From Stegostoma tigrinum (taxonomy: Eukaryota): a DNA stretch of 64,000 nt. The stretch covers positions 27,655,811 to 27,719,810 of the forward strand of contig NC_081381.1 in assembly GCF_030684315.1 (NCBI RefSeq), written 5' to 3'. The position numbers and the translations under genes were made by a program. The notes under the pieces were generated by a model. It made no database searches. It was not told the DNA's origin and saw only the letters and a list, made by a program, of their open reading frames with translations. Below are positions 36,737-49,975 of the stretch, piece after piece (the stretch's first letter is position 1; each line of letters begins with the position of its first letter).

Positions 36737-38570
36737 GAATTACTTAGCATCCCAGCTTTTGCTCTGGCGTTATTTACTCTTATCTCGAACTTACTTTAGA
36801 GTGTAATGTGTTAGCTTCTCAGGTGGCTGTACAGGATCACAGCATTGCAATATTTAAAGGATAGCAGGGGAGTTCTCTCCAGTCTCCTGGCCAATATTTA
36901 TCCATAGACCAACGCTGAAAGACAAATTATCAGAGCATTATTACATTGCTGTTTGTGTAACTTTGCTAAATTCAATATGTACATTTGCTTTATTACAACA
37001 TTGATTATGTTCCAACAATATGTCATTAGCTTAAAGTGCTTTGGAATATAAAGGTTTTGCAAGATGTTCCATAAATGCAACTTCGATATTTCATCTTTAA
37101 TACTACTTTTTTGAAATTTAATCAAATGCCATCTGTCACGTTTGGATATTTTTATTAGCTAGTGGCTAACGTTGTACAATACAGACCTAAAACTCCTCAA
37201 ATTGGGGCCAGGAATGATGTTTGCTGCATTTGCAGAGATATTTTTCGGGGGTTAGGTGGGGGCGGGGTGTGCGCAGTTTGTGGCACGGGGCAGTATGTTA
37301 TATACTGATGTACAATCTGTCACCTCAGCTGCTGAGTGTTAGGTCATTGGTTGAAATGCTTCTGACTAAATAAGTTCTGACCAAAGAAACTAGAGATCAG
37401 GATAAAAAATTTGAAGACTGACCTGATTTCATGCAATTTAGTTGGTAGAATATGTGCAGATCTCCATCAGGTCTGGATGCTAAAACTGCTTCACTAGCTA
37501 ACAGTAAGCATGGGAGGAATTAGTCAGCTTACCTAAGTGAAATAGGACTGCATTGCTTGTATGTCCCTTAGTACTCCACACAATGAATACTGACAGGAGT
37601 GTTATTGAAAGGAAGAGCCTCCTTGATTATCTACTGGAAGGTGTGTGGTGCTGCTTGAGGCCAAACCCCAATGAGAGCTGCCACACCTTGGATGAAGGTG
37701 TTATATTTGTATGTATTGCTAACTCTGAGGCTAGTTTAAAATTGCTGAAGTAACGGTGAATGCACACACACCCTGTAAGTGGAGTTGGTCAATTTCCAAT
37801 CCTGGTAAATGTCATTGCTCTGGTTCCCGTCATTTTTAAAAGAACCATCTCATGAACAAAGGCAAACCTCGCTGTGTCGTTCAGTTGGCCTCCAAACATT
37901 TTAAATCAAACCCTATGGCAGGAGAGTTTCAGGAAGATAAGCATACACACATGTCCCTGCTGTGCAAAAAAGAGTATGGCTGACACCTATACTTGATTTA
38001 GAACTCAACTGCAGAGAGTATGTTGGAGGTATTCTGCTTACCAATAGCAAAGTGAAACCCAGCTTAAATGTCTTATGCACTCTTAGCATTGCCTTGGCTG
38101 TACCTGATTTTGCATCCCCTTCCCCCACTGCATCCCAAAACCAGCCCAGCCTGTCTCCGCCTCCCTAACCTGTTCTTCCTCTCACCCATCCCTTCCTCCC
38201 ACCTCAAGTCGCACCTCCATTTCCTACCTACTATGTCATCCCACCTCCTTGACCTGTCCGTCTTCCCTGGACTGACCTATCCCCTCCCTACGTCCCCACC
38301 TGTACTTTCCTCTCCACCCATCTTCTTTTCTCTCCATCTTCAGTCCACCTCCCCCTCTCTCCCTAATTATTCCAGAACCCTCTCCCATCCCCCTCTCTGA
38401 TGTAGGCCCGAAACGTCGGCTTTTGTGCTCCTGAGATGATGCTTGGCCTGCTGTGTTCATCCAGCTGCACACTTTGTTACCCTGATTTTGCTGTTGTTTT
38501 CCAATTGCTGCAATTCTCTTGGCTTGTTGGAAAGCTTGGATTTGTGGTGATGTAAGTGTTATTGATTGAG

Positions 38571-38898
38571 TTTAGATTAGATTCCCCACAGTGTGGAAAC
38601 AGGCCCTCCGGCCCAACAAGTCCACACCGCCACTTGAAGCATCCCACCCAGACCCATCCCCCTATAACTGACACACGCCTGAACATTACGGGCAATTTAG
38701 CATGGCCGATCCACCTAGCCTGCACATCTTTGGACTGTGGGAGGAAACCGGAGCACCCGGAGGGAACCCATGCAGACACTGGGAAAACAGGGAAAATGTG
38801 CAAACTCCACACAGACAGTCACCTGAGGCTGGAATCAAACCCAGGTCCCTGGTGCTGTGAGGCTGCAGAACTAACCATTGAGCCACAGTGCCGCCCCT
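38571..38898 (-). mobile_element. HE1-type V-SINE (well preserved)
   Basis: Reverse complement reads ggggcggcactgtggctcaatggttag...ccagggacctgggtttgattccagcctcagg; retains CpGs. Confidence 0.9.
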
Positions 38899-40081
38899 AA
38901 GCCATCGGTGAATTTAACATTTTCCCAATCAATAGAAACCTTCAGTTTTTCAGACCTTGATGGAAAATGGTCAAAAAGCATAGCATATTTATTCAAATGT
39001 AGCAGTAATATAGGAAATATTGAAATTGCAATAACTTCAAAACTTGTTCTGTTATGCTGTGAAAAATTATAACATTTTTCCCAGCATTACCTAAAGAACA
39101 GATACTCAAACTGGGTTTTTTAGGTTCAGTGGGTGCTGGTTCCCATAAATACCAAAACATGCATTCCAAAGACATTGACACTCACTGGGGTATGGGTCTC
39201 ATGAGCTCACTGTCTGGATTTCAGCATCCACACACACTGTCGCTTGCTGGAGTATGAATCCTGCAGGCACTTGTTTCAGCTGAGGTATTGGTTTCACAGG
39301 TATTGGCTCACGTGGATGTGGGTTCCATGGTTGTCAGCTGTCATGGACAACATTTCACGTGCAGTTGAACAAATTTGCTGTTTGTACAATTGCTTTACTA
39401 ACAACGAGCTTACCGAAAGACCAAATTTTCCACATTGAAATTTAAAATCTGGATCCATTCCATCAACCCTTACTAACTGAAGCAGGCTTTCATAATTGGC
39501 GAGTGGCCTGGCCTTGCTGGGAGCAGGGATGAAAGAGTAGTGAATGTCAGTCAGACTCAGAATCTTGTCTCCCTTTGGGAGTGATTTACATCTTGAAGCT
39601 GATTATTGGATAGGTGTTAACTGTGGCCCCGTTGTAGCAATTCTGTCAATATTTAATGTTGAGATCATGCTAGGCCTCCTAAGGAAAGAAATCTGACTAC
39701 ACAATGCAGTCATCTGTTATGTGCTACGCCTAATGTTCCCTCTGAAGAATGGTATGCTGAAGAAATACATTCTGCGATATAGAAATGTGCTTCTCGTTCC
39801 TTCAGCCAGTCCACTGCCTTCACACCTGCTCATTGCACCAGAAACAAGGAACTGCTAGAAATCCCCCTTTTAACTATGTGTTTCTATGATCAAAGGCTAG
39901 CATCTGGGACTGGTGGGAGATGCCAGCCTGACCTGGGCAGCACCTTCAAGTACCTGCACAGTGTTGAAGCCAAGATATTTTCCTGGTTGAGGTAAGAGGG
40001 TGACAACCAATGGTTGATACAGTGTGGAGAGCCTCCATGTTGATAAAGTTGCTCAAGGTTTTGAAGAGGGGAAAGACATGT

Positions 40082-40119
40082 GGTTCTGAAGAAGGGTCAC
40101 CGGACCTGAAATGTTAACT
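40082..40119 (+). ncRNA. Minimal hammerhead ribozyme motif (second family)
   Basis: GGUU-CUGAAGA-A-GGGUC(ACCG)GACCU-GAAA-UG-UU-AACU. Confidence 0.55.
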
Positions 40120-40967
40120 CTGTTTTCTCCTCCACAGATGCTGCCAGACCTACTGAGCTTTTCCAGCAACTTTGTTTTTGTTCCTGATTTACAGCATCCG
40201 CAATTCTTTTGGTTTTTGTCAAAGGCTTCTGAATCTTACTTGGCAAGTAGCTACCTCCCAATTTCAATTTGCCTTCTTTAATGGCATTACCTATGACTTA
40301 ATGTCGCTCCTGTGAGCCATGAACTCAGGCTGGATTGCCTCAGTAAACACAGCAATGGCGGCCTCTCTGTTACACTCTCCTTTTCCACTTGTCACCTCCA
40401 TGGGAAAGGAGAAAGAAGTTCAATGCAGCTCCTGAAGCCAGAAAGCAGCTCCTCTGCGTCATGAGTTTTGTTCTTATTTTATTGTCGAGTACAAATGCTT
40501 AGTTGTGGAAGTTGAAAGCAAAAAAAAGACCAGGTCAGCCCTGAAATGGATACTAAATTTTGGTGCACTTGCAATACACATAGTACTGTAATAATTGCAT
40601 TAAATTGAAAAGCAAGGTGGTGGCTGATGTTGTTATTCAGGAATGTTGCCTTTTATTAAATAAATCTGCACCCAAACTAATGTATAAGAATGCACTTTAA
40701 ACATAGGACATCTATAACAAAGGAAAAGTTTGACTAGACGTTTCTACCCCAATCACATTCTGCCAATTACAGTCCCTGATCATTATCCTGCCTCTCTGCT
40801 TCCTGCTGCTTAGCTAGTCTTTTAGAATAGAAACTAAGACAATCGGAGGCTCACTGATGATGTTACCTAGAATGGTGACGAATCGTCTGAAAACTAACCT
40901 TCCAGCTCAGCGAGCAAACTCACATCCAGAAACTCAACCTGAGCTATAAATCTTCTCAAAAATCGCT

Positions 40968-41480
40968 AGAAACAAAGAACTGGAGAAATTCAGCAAGTCT
41001 GGCAACATCAATGGAGAGAAAGACAGTTAATGTTTTCAGTCTGATTTGATTTCTCCAGAGCTGAACGGAACTGGAGAGTGATTGTTTTTATGTTGCTGAC
41101 AAAGATGGAGGTTGCGTAGTTGGAACAAATTGCGAGGGAGCCCAGAGTGAAAGACAAGAGGGGTGCTAATGTTGGTGATGGAGATGTAAAACAGGTATAA
41201 ATGAATGTGATTAAAGGAGAAAATGGGTCCAGTCTATTGAGACAAATGTCAGCATTACAGGATACATTGGCAGTATGTAAGAAAAATAGAGACAGAGGTC
41301 ATGCTCCAAAGTTGTGGAATTCGGTGTTGAGTCCTGAAGGCTGTGAATTACCCAAGTGGAAAATGAGGTGTTCGGATAGCTTGTATTCAGTTTTGTTGGA
41401 GGCCCCACTCAGAAAAGTTGGCATGGGAGCAAGGTGCTTTATCGCAGTGACAAACAACAGGAAGGCCAGAGTTGGTCTGA
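40968..41480 (-). mobile_element. Penelope-like (Neptune-type) 3' end; related copies at ~2828-3350 (-) and ~38115-38480 (+)
   Basis: C-terminus EHLIFHLGNSQPSGLNTEFHNF followed by a pyrimidine-rich tract and the agatg(c/t)tgcc terminal repeat. Confidence 0.7.
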
Positions 41481-44400
41481 CAGACAAGAGGGGAGGTATT
41501 TCACCAAGCGATAACTACCATCTGGTCTTTGCAAATGCATTCATCCTAAAGTGAATATTTTCATTATTCATATATCAGTGTTACTGCAGCGACAGTCCCT
41601 CGTTCTAATTGGATTCCCAGTTTTAACATTCAGTTACCTATTTCAGGACAATCTTCTGAGCTCCACTGATTTTTGTTTGTTTTTGTGGTTTGACCATGGG
41701 TTGAGGGAGGGAGTAAGTGTGACCACTCAATGCTGACCACTAACTCCTGCTGGAAAGTTGATGGGTAGAATTGTACTGTGTGTGATGATTTCTGGTCAAG
41801 TTTCCTGTTGATGCATATCATCTGTGGTCACAGCTGATGAATGGCATGGTGAGATGTCAGGGGGAGAAGAAATGTGACAAAGAAACTTCAGGAGTCAGCA
41901 TTTTCAGGAGGGGAAATGACTTAAACCCCAGCGAGATTCCATACCTTCAAGAGAGCAGGGGTATGAACTACTGTGAGAGCTGGCACCTTCAGGAGAAGAG
42001 GGAGGTACTGAATCTTGTGTAGACCAACACCTTCTGGTTAGGAAGCTCTTGAACACATCTGAGAGTCAGTGCCTTCATGAGGGCAGGGAACCTTAATCCC
42101 AGTGAAGAGAGTGGAGTAAACACTTTATTTGTGCTGTGAATTTTCCCAGTAGAATCCAGCACTGAGCTGTACTCGTTTGTGGGGTCCCCAATGACTGTAA
42201 GTTGCTTCACTATGCTGATCGTTGCTTTTCTTTGGTTCATTGTATGGGATAGATCCAACCAGGAACCCCTTCACTCCACCCTCAGTGAAATCCTGGCTCG
42301 CGATTCAAACCAGCTCAACGATTTAGCTTCCTTTTAGCCTTTTTGCAGATGTAATGAGGTACAATCCACAGGAAACTCTTTGTTAAAGCACACTTTACAA
42401 AAACAGGAGTCTTGGACATGTCTTTTAAAGTTACAGTTTTTTGAAAAAATATACCTAACAGTTTGATTTAGGAATGAACTGGTGAAATTGTTTTTACTTT
42501 TATTTAATTGGAAAATTTTGGAGAAAATTGTTGAGCTTTAGAACCCAATGCCGGATTATCTCCTGGAAACCTTTGTGCTGCCTTTTTAAGAGACAGAAAG
42601 CTTCAGCCGATTTAATTATCTCCATATGTTGATCCTGGCTGTTGCAGAAGGACTTGGCACAAGAATCGGACTGCACAGTGGCAGAAAATAAATATGGGCA
42701 CCGCATGTTTGTGGCTGGGGAGAAAATTCCATCTCTGAAATATTTGGGCTGCTTCAGACAGATCCTGTAAAGGTAAACATATTGGAGAGGAAATTAATCT
42801 GCAGTCTAGTCAGAGGAACAGGACGCGGCAGTGGTATACGAAACAGAGACAAACTTTCAGGGTCTGCACAGCGAGACAGTGCTCAGGCTGCAGAATGGTA
42901 CTACCGTATTGTGAAGAACTCTTGCTGCTATGGTGATGGGCATCATGTGGGTGATGCTGAAGAAATCGAACTTTGTGAATGTTGGTCAGATATTGGAGGG
43001 TTTGGCTTCAGTGAAACTGTCTGAGTGAGTCAAGTTAAAAAAAGAATAGCCAAAAGGGGAGCAACAGAGAAAAAGGGAGGGACGGAGGGAAAGAAAGGGT
43101 GAGAAGAGAAAAGGGAGTGGCATAAAGGGAAAAGGAACGACAGAAAGGAAGCAATGCAGTGAAAGAAAAAAGTACAGTGAGAAGAAGATGCAGAAGAAAA
43201 GAGAGGCAGTGAAGGAAAACGAAAGAAACGGGGTAAAAGGTGGATTATGAGAGAAAAACGTTGAACAGTGAAAACCGAATAAAGACAGAGGAAAGCAAAA
43301 AGAGATTTTAAAGAAAGGATGAATGAGAGTGATACTCAGGTCTGCTAGAAAGGAGCAAAATGAGAGTGGGAAGGGAGACCACCAAAATGAGACAGGCACC
43401 AAATAAGGAAGACTGACAGCAATACAGGCAAGATTGAGTGAAATGGAAGATAACGAAATATACTGACCCTGGGAATTTGATGAGAAGAATTTAGTCCCTC
43501 CTGTTGAAGCTTGTGGATATTTTTAGGTTGATGTGTGGAGAGAAAGTTACTCTAAAGCTGCCTGTCCAGCAGTTGTTTGGAGCTCAGCATTTGACTTAAG
43601 GTGGCATTGTCTGCAGGGCTGACCATGAACTCTGTCCTTTATAAATACGGATCCCCACCTCGAAACTGGTTTAACCTGCGCCTCAGAATGCAGCCAAGTA
43701 AGTACTCTGATTAACCCCTAATAATGGGCCAGTGACTTCAGAGGGTGCAATTGGGAAAAATGAAATTATTTTATTAAACACATTGCTTTGATAGAAATTT
43801 TCAGCGCAAACTTTCAACTTAAATTGGAGATATGTTTGCAAAGAAGAAATTTCCAAGGCAATGAACATGGTGTGGGACTAACTGGATAGCTCTTTCAAAG
43901 AACCAGGCACAGGCTTCATCCTGTGATGTAAAACTCTGAGAATTTAAACTTGCCTAAGTATTACTGCAATTATAATCAAGCGTTCAATAGCAGTTTGTTT
44001 GTTCATTCATTATTGTTGGCCATTAAAATTATTAAACTTAACCTTTCTGTCAAGGAAGCTACTGATGAGGTCCCTGTGATGGCAGTGTGCTTTGTTTTAG
44101 TTGCTAAAGGAGCCATATCAGTTGCAACCATGAACTATTCAGATTAGAATAATTGTTGAACATGTGTTATACATCTTTATGTAAGATTTATACTTAACAT
44201 TAAACTTCTGGAACCAGCTGGTTTTAAAATTTTGTCTCCTCCAATCCAGAAGGAGCTGGCTTTCACTGTGATTTGACTCCATTCTTCTCTTGAAGATGTT
44301 GAATCTCACTTCTGTTCCCTTTGAGCTCCCATCCCCACTGCCAGCCTCTTCCCCCACCTTGGAAAACAGAACAGTCTCAGATGCGCTGCCTTCCAAAGTC

Positions 44401-45289
44401 AAATTCCCTGATCAATTTGCTTTACTGGGATGGCATTCCAAGAATGATCAGTACCTATAAAACCCGCAACCCAACAATGATCAGTACAGAGTATAAAATG
44501 TGAGGCTGGATGAACACAGCCAGGCCCAGCAGCATCTCAGGAGCACAAAAGCTGACGCTTCAGGCCTAGACCCTTCCTGTTCATCCAGCCTCACATTTTA
44601 TTATCCTGGATTCTCCAGCATCTGCAGTTCCCATTATCAATGATCAATACAGAGATGGTGGGGGAAATCAATGGATTAATGAGATATTAAACAGGGAGTA
44701 GATGACGAGACAGAAAATCAGGAGCATAATCCATACAGTTTTTCTCTGTGAATCATTTCTTGAGCTGTTTTTACAGATAACACAATCTAAAAGCCAAATA
44801 CTGTGAATGCAGGAAATCTGAAATAAACAAAATGCTAGAAATGTTCAGCAGGTCCGGCAGCATCTGAGGAGAGGGAAACAGGGCTAATGTTGACAGTAAT
44901 GATCTGGGATATTAGAACATAGAACATTACAGCACAGTACAGGCCCTTCAGCCCTCGATGCTGCACCGACCTGTGAAACCAATCTGAAGCCCATCTAACC
45001 TACACTATTCCATTATCATCCATATGCTTATCCAATGACCATTTAAAGGCCCTTGAAGTTGGCGAGTCTACTACTGTTGCAGGCAGGGTATTTGAAGCCC
45101 TTACTACTCTCTGAGTAAAGAATCTACCTCTGACATCTGTCCTCTATTAACTCTATTTTCTGTTGTCACAAATGTCACCTGATCTAGGTATTTTTCATTT
45201 TTTAATCTGTCATTCAGTATTGTTCATAGAAGCCTCTTAACAAACCAGAAGTCTAGCCACAGTTACTAATTTTAGTATAAAACTTCTCA

Positions 45290-45410
45290 GATATTTTAAT
45301 CAACCTGCTCAGGAATGTTACGACACATCTCTGGAGCGGGTGGGACTCGAATCTGGGCCTCCTGGCTCAGAGGTGGAGATACTACCACTGCACTACCAGA
45401 CCCCTTATCT
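45290..45410 (-). mobile_element. Second tRNA-derived SINE family (also ~16205-16275 + and ~11125-11220 +)
   Basis: Reverse complement ggtagtgcagtggtagtatctccacctctgagccaggaggcccagattcgagtcccacc has A/B boxes; similar to the other two copies. Confidence 0.65.
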
Positions 45411-47194
45411 AAAGCTGTCTAGCTCACAACACAGGTAAGCGTATGTCACATGTGGATATTTACTTCCACACTTGCCACCCATTCATAACCAAGGAACTAA
45501 AACACTTAATGAACAACACTACTCACGCAGCACTACTTTTGTTTTACCATTTCACCATAAATTGCTAGAAAGTTTAAAGTTCACAAATGTGCATTTCACA
45601 AGATACGATCATCGAGATCATGGGCTCAACAAAGTGGCCAATTACTAATTTACTAATCAGAAATGCAATTATCCACATCTGGAGTCTGAATTAGTCAGTT
45701 GTGGCTCACTTATTGGACAACACTGCTGTATTTTCCAGCCAGGACATTCTCCTTCCTGTTTTCGGAAAAAGGGGAGAAGCCATTTGGAAAGGAGAGTTTC
45801 CCGGCGGTCTATACGGAACGTGCTGTTGGCTGCTATGGAACCATACTCCCCTTAACATTCTGTCCATGACTTTTCCTGCATTGAAATAGGACACCCAACT
45901 GAAGGAATAACACTCGATGATTTGCAACAAATATTTTATTTGAATGGCCTGTTAGCAGTAAATTTCATTTCCGTTTAACCTGCTCTGGGACCTGCGGAAC
46001 TGCATCCAGTTTTGGGCACGACAACTAAAGAATAATATATTGATTTTGGAGACAGTACAACACAGATTCCCCAGAACAATATCAGGGCTCAGCGATCACA
46101 GGTTGCATAAACTTCCCTCTTATTCACATGAGTTTAAAAATTCAAAGGGGGATCCAATTGGGACATTTTGAATGAAAAGGAATTTAATTAGTTTGAAATA
46201 GAGGGAAAAAAATCCTTGCTGGGGTAACCTAGAACAAGGGGACACAACCTAGCCATATAGGATCAAATTAAGGTAGCACTTCTTCACATAAAAGTTCATA
46301 GAAATCTGGAACGGTCTCCTTTAAATGACTGGATGCTGAGGATCAATTGGGATTTTTCAGATGGAGATCAATGGATTTTTTTAAAATAAGGGTAACCAGG
46401 GACATTGTGCACAGTTGGTTAAATTTACTTAAGGTGCAGATCTGCTATGACCCTAGTTGAAATACTTTAGTGGACTTGAAGGGATGAATAGTCTCGTCAT
46501 ATGTCAATCTAACAAGTTTAAGGAATTGGATGACCTTCCCTATAGGTATGATGGGCTGCATAGCTTCTTCTTCTTCTGGAACAGGCTGAATGTCCCCCTC
46601 GTGTTCCTGCAAAACAGGCTTAAGCAGGTGAGGAGCTTCTCGTTCCTCTATAACAGGATGAAGAAGCTGAATAGTCTCCTTATTCCTCCATAACATGTTT
46701 AAGAAGCTGATAGGCCTGTTCTTGTGCCATAGACTTTGGAGCCAAATGGCCTGCTCTTTTTCCTCTGTAAGGGCTCAAGACTGAATATCACCCCCTACAT
46801 CCCAATCTCCCACCCCACCCCCATTCCTGTACTCACAGTATTCCCCTGTGTAATGACAGAGTCAATTGACTCCATGTTATTAAATGTTTTCTTTATTTAT
46901 TGTTGATTCTTTCTGCTGAGCCCCTCCAGTACAATTCTGAAGTGTCAGAAATTATGAAGAATTCAAGAAATCAGTTTTGATCTAAGTTTTTCATAGCAAA
47001 ATTCTTTTTATCAATCTGTTATTTCTACATTTTAAATTTTGTCTTTGTCATGTTCTCAGTGGGAAATTAGTAGGAAACATGGCAATGCTGTCGAAGATAG
47101 TAGCCGTTGTTTGTATTTTGTCCAGAGGTTGAGGTCATAAGTTCTCACAGTCATTACAGCAAACACAGCTACAAGCCATCAGGAAGTGTAAATC

Positions 47195-48850
47195 AGATGA
47201 GATTTAATGTGCATGAATCTCAAAACATTGGTTTGTAGGTACATCAGGTAATGAAGAAGGCAAATGAAATATTGACCTTCATTGCTGGAGGGATGGAATT
47301 TAAAAACAGGGAGGTTATGCTGAAACTGTATAATAGACAATAGACAATAGATAATAGGTGCTGGAGTAGGCTCTTCGGCCCTTCGAGCCAGCACTACCAT
47401 TCATTATGATCATGGCTGATCATCCACAATCAGTATCCTGTTCCTACCTTACCCCTATAACCCTTGATTCCACTCTCTTTAAGAGCTCTATCTATCTCTT
47501 TCTTGAAAGTATCCAGAGAGTTGGCCTCCACTGCCTTCTGGGGCAGAGCATTCCATATATCCATCACTCTCTGGGTGAAGAAGTTTTTCCTCAACTCTGT
47601 TCGAAATGGCCTACCCCTTATTTTTAAACTGTGTCCTCTGGTTCTGGACTCTCCCAGCAACAGAAACATGCTTCCTGCCTCCAGAGTGTCCAATCCCTTA
47701 ATAATCTTATACGCCTCAATCAGATCCCCTCCCATCCTTCTAAACTCAAGTGTATACAAGCCCAGTCGCTCCAATCTTTCAACATATGATAGTCCCGCCA
47801 TTCCGGGAATTGACCTTGTGAACCTACGCTGCACTCCCTCAATAGCAAGAATGTCCTTCCTCAAATTTGGAGACCAAAACTGCACACAATACTCCAGGTG
47901 CGGTCTCACCAGGGCCCTGACCTCTTTGCTCCTATACTCAATTCCTCTTGTTATGAAGGCTAGCATGCTATTAGCTTTCTTCACTGCCTGCTGTACCTGC
48001 ATGTTTGCTTTCATTGACTGATGTACAAGAACACCTCGATCTCGTTGTACTTCCCTTTTACCTAACGACTCCATTGAGATAGTAATCTGCCTTTCTGTTC
48101 TTGCCACCAAAGTGTATAACCGCACATTTATCGACATTAAACTGCATCTGCTATGCATCCGTCCACTCACCTAGCCTGTCCAAGTCACCCTGTATTCTCA
48201 TAACATCCTCCTCACATTTCACACTGCCACCCAGCTTTGCGTCATCAGCAAATTTGCTAATATTACTTTTAATGCCTTTGTCTATATCATTAATATATAA
48301 AAGGGGCTTGTGAGGCCACAGTTGGAGTACTGTGTACAGTTTTCGTTCTCCTTACCTGGGAAAGGACATACTGGAGGGTTACAGAGGAGGTTGATTCCAG
48401 AGGTGAGAGGGTTGATTTTGAGGAGAGATTGAGTAGACTGGAACCAAACTCATTGGAATTTAGAGGAACAAGTGGGGAATCTTATAGATGCCTATAACAT
48501 TATGAAGGGAATAGACAAGGTAGAAGCAGAGAGGTTGCTTCCACTGGTGGGTGAAACTAGAACTGGGGACATAGCCTCTAAATAAGGAGGGAGCAGATTT
48601 AGGTCTGAGTTGAGGGGAAACCTCTTCAACCAAAGGGCTGTGAATTTGTGGAATTCCCTGCCCAGTGAAGTAACTGAAGTTAGCTCATTGAATGTTTGTA
48701 AGGCAAAAATCGATTTTAAACAGTAAGGGAATTGAGGGTTGTGGTGAGTGGGCGGGTAACTGGAACAGATTCCATGAATAGATCAGACATGATCTTATTG
48801 AATAGTGGGGCCGGATCGGGGGGCCAGATGGCTTCTATTTCTTATGATCT
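47195..48850 (+). mobile_element. Older CR1 3' fragment split by the nested copy
   Basis: ...gaggttatgctgaaactgtataa resumes as ...gtgaggccacagttggagtactgtgtacag after 48297. Confidence 0.8.
47335..48297 (-). mobile_element. Young 5'-truncated CR1 LINE nested in an older + strand CR1
   Basis: ORF 47430-48170 with RPHLEYCVQFWSP, TRGHSLKIRG, FFTQRVMDIWNALP; (GACAATA)n tail at ~47335. Confidence 0.92.
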
Positions 48851-49554
48851 TAAATAAACAGGTCAATAGCTTTTTCCACTTGACTAGCAACTGCTGAAAT
48901 TGGCAGCTTGTACCAATCCTTTGGCCCTAGATGTCTTTATATACACCCTGATCTCAACTTTCACTCACAGTCAGGCCCAAGTTCCTACTGATATGCAAAG
49001 AGGACTTGGAGTGTATGAGAGGGCAGGGGCTCAGGCTGGCATTGAATCTGAGTCCAATTTGTTAGGATTTGAAACTTCAGCAGGATATGGTCAGAGTTCC
49101 TGGCAATGCTGGGTTCTGGTGACTGGGTCAATACTTTCTTCTGGGATTTTTTTTGCTCAGGTATTTCTTTCCTGTTTATTAGGCCTCATCTGACACAAAC
49201 CCAAAGTTCCCAAGCCAAAAGAAATTGGACTTGATACTCAGAAGAAACAGAAAATGATATGTGCAATGTAAGGCTAAGCTAACCAGACAGTGAAGTCATC
49301 GGACTTTTCTCCTCCCAAAAAAGGGAAAAACACACTTGTTTTCACCTCTGCAGCAGATTGTGATCATGCTGCTTAGATTTGGCACTGAGACCTACTTCCT
49401 CAATTTGCCTGCCCTTCTGGAGCAGTTCAAAAAAATACTCAGTTCTCATTTTTCTAGAAAAAAATTCTTTTGAGAAACGCAGAACAATGGTCAAAATCCA
49501 AGGTGAAGAATATGTGATTGTAGATGGAGGAATTCGCTCTGTACAGTGCCTTCA

Positions 49555-49975
49555 GAAATGCCAGGGGCAGGTACAGCATGGGTTAGATTCAGGGAGAAAA
49601 TCGCTATGAATACAATTCCATTGAATTTGTCTAGGACAGATAGAACATAGGATAGTTAGAGAATGAAGTTCCCTTTAGCCCAACTCATCAAGCACTCCCA
49701 GGGTAAGTACAGCCTGGTTCAGATGTAAAGAGAAACACGCTCTACACCGATCAAATACTCCCAAGGCAAGTTGGAAACTAAGCAAAACTTCCCTTTATAA
49801 CCCCTCTCATTAAACATTTCCAGAGCAGGCATAGCCCAAATTAGATACAAAGAAAATCTGTCTACTCCATCCCACCAGACATCCCCAGGATAGATACACC
49901 CGGGTTAGGTACATACTAAACCTCTCCCTACATTGGCATCAAATATTCTCAGAGCAGGTATAGCACGGGCCAGGG
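49555..49975 (+). repeat. ~68-bp degenerate tandem repeat, ~6 copies
   Basis: Recurring unit approx. catcaaacactcccagggcaggtacagcatgggttagatacagag...ctctacac. Confidence 0.75.

Noticed and set aside
38820-38898. tRNA genes
   Set aside because: tRNA-like heads continue into SINE bodies; no complete cloverleaf seen.
47430-48170. 246-aa ORF as a host gene
   Set aside because: It is the C-terminus of CR1 ORF2 in a 5'-truncated copy.
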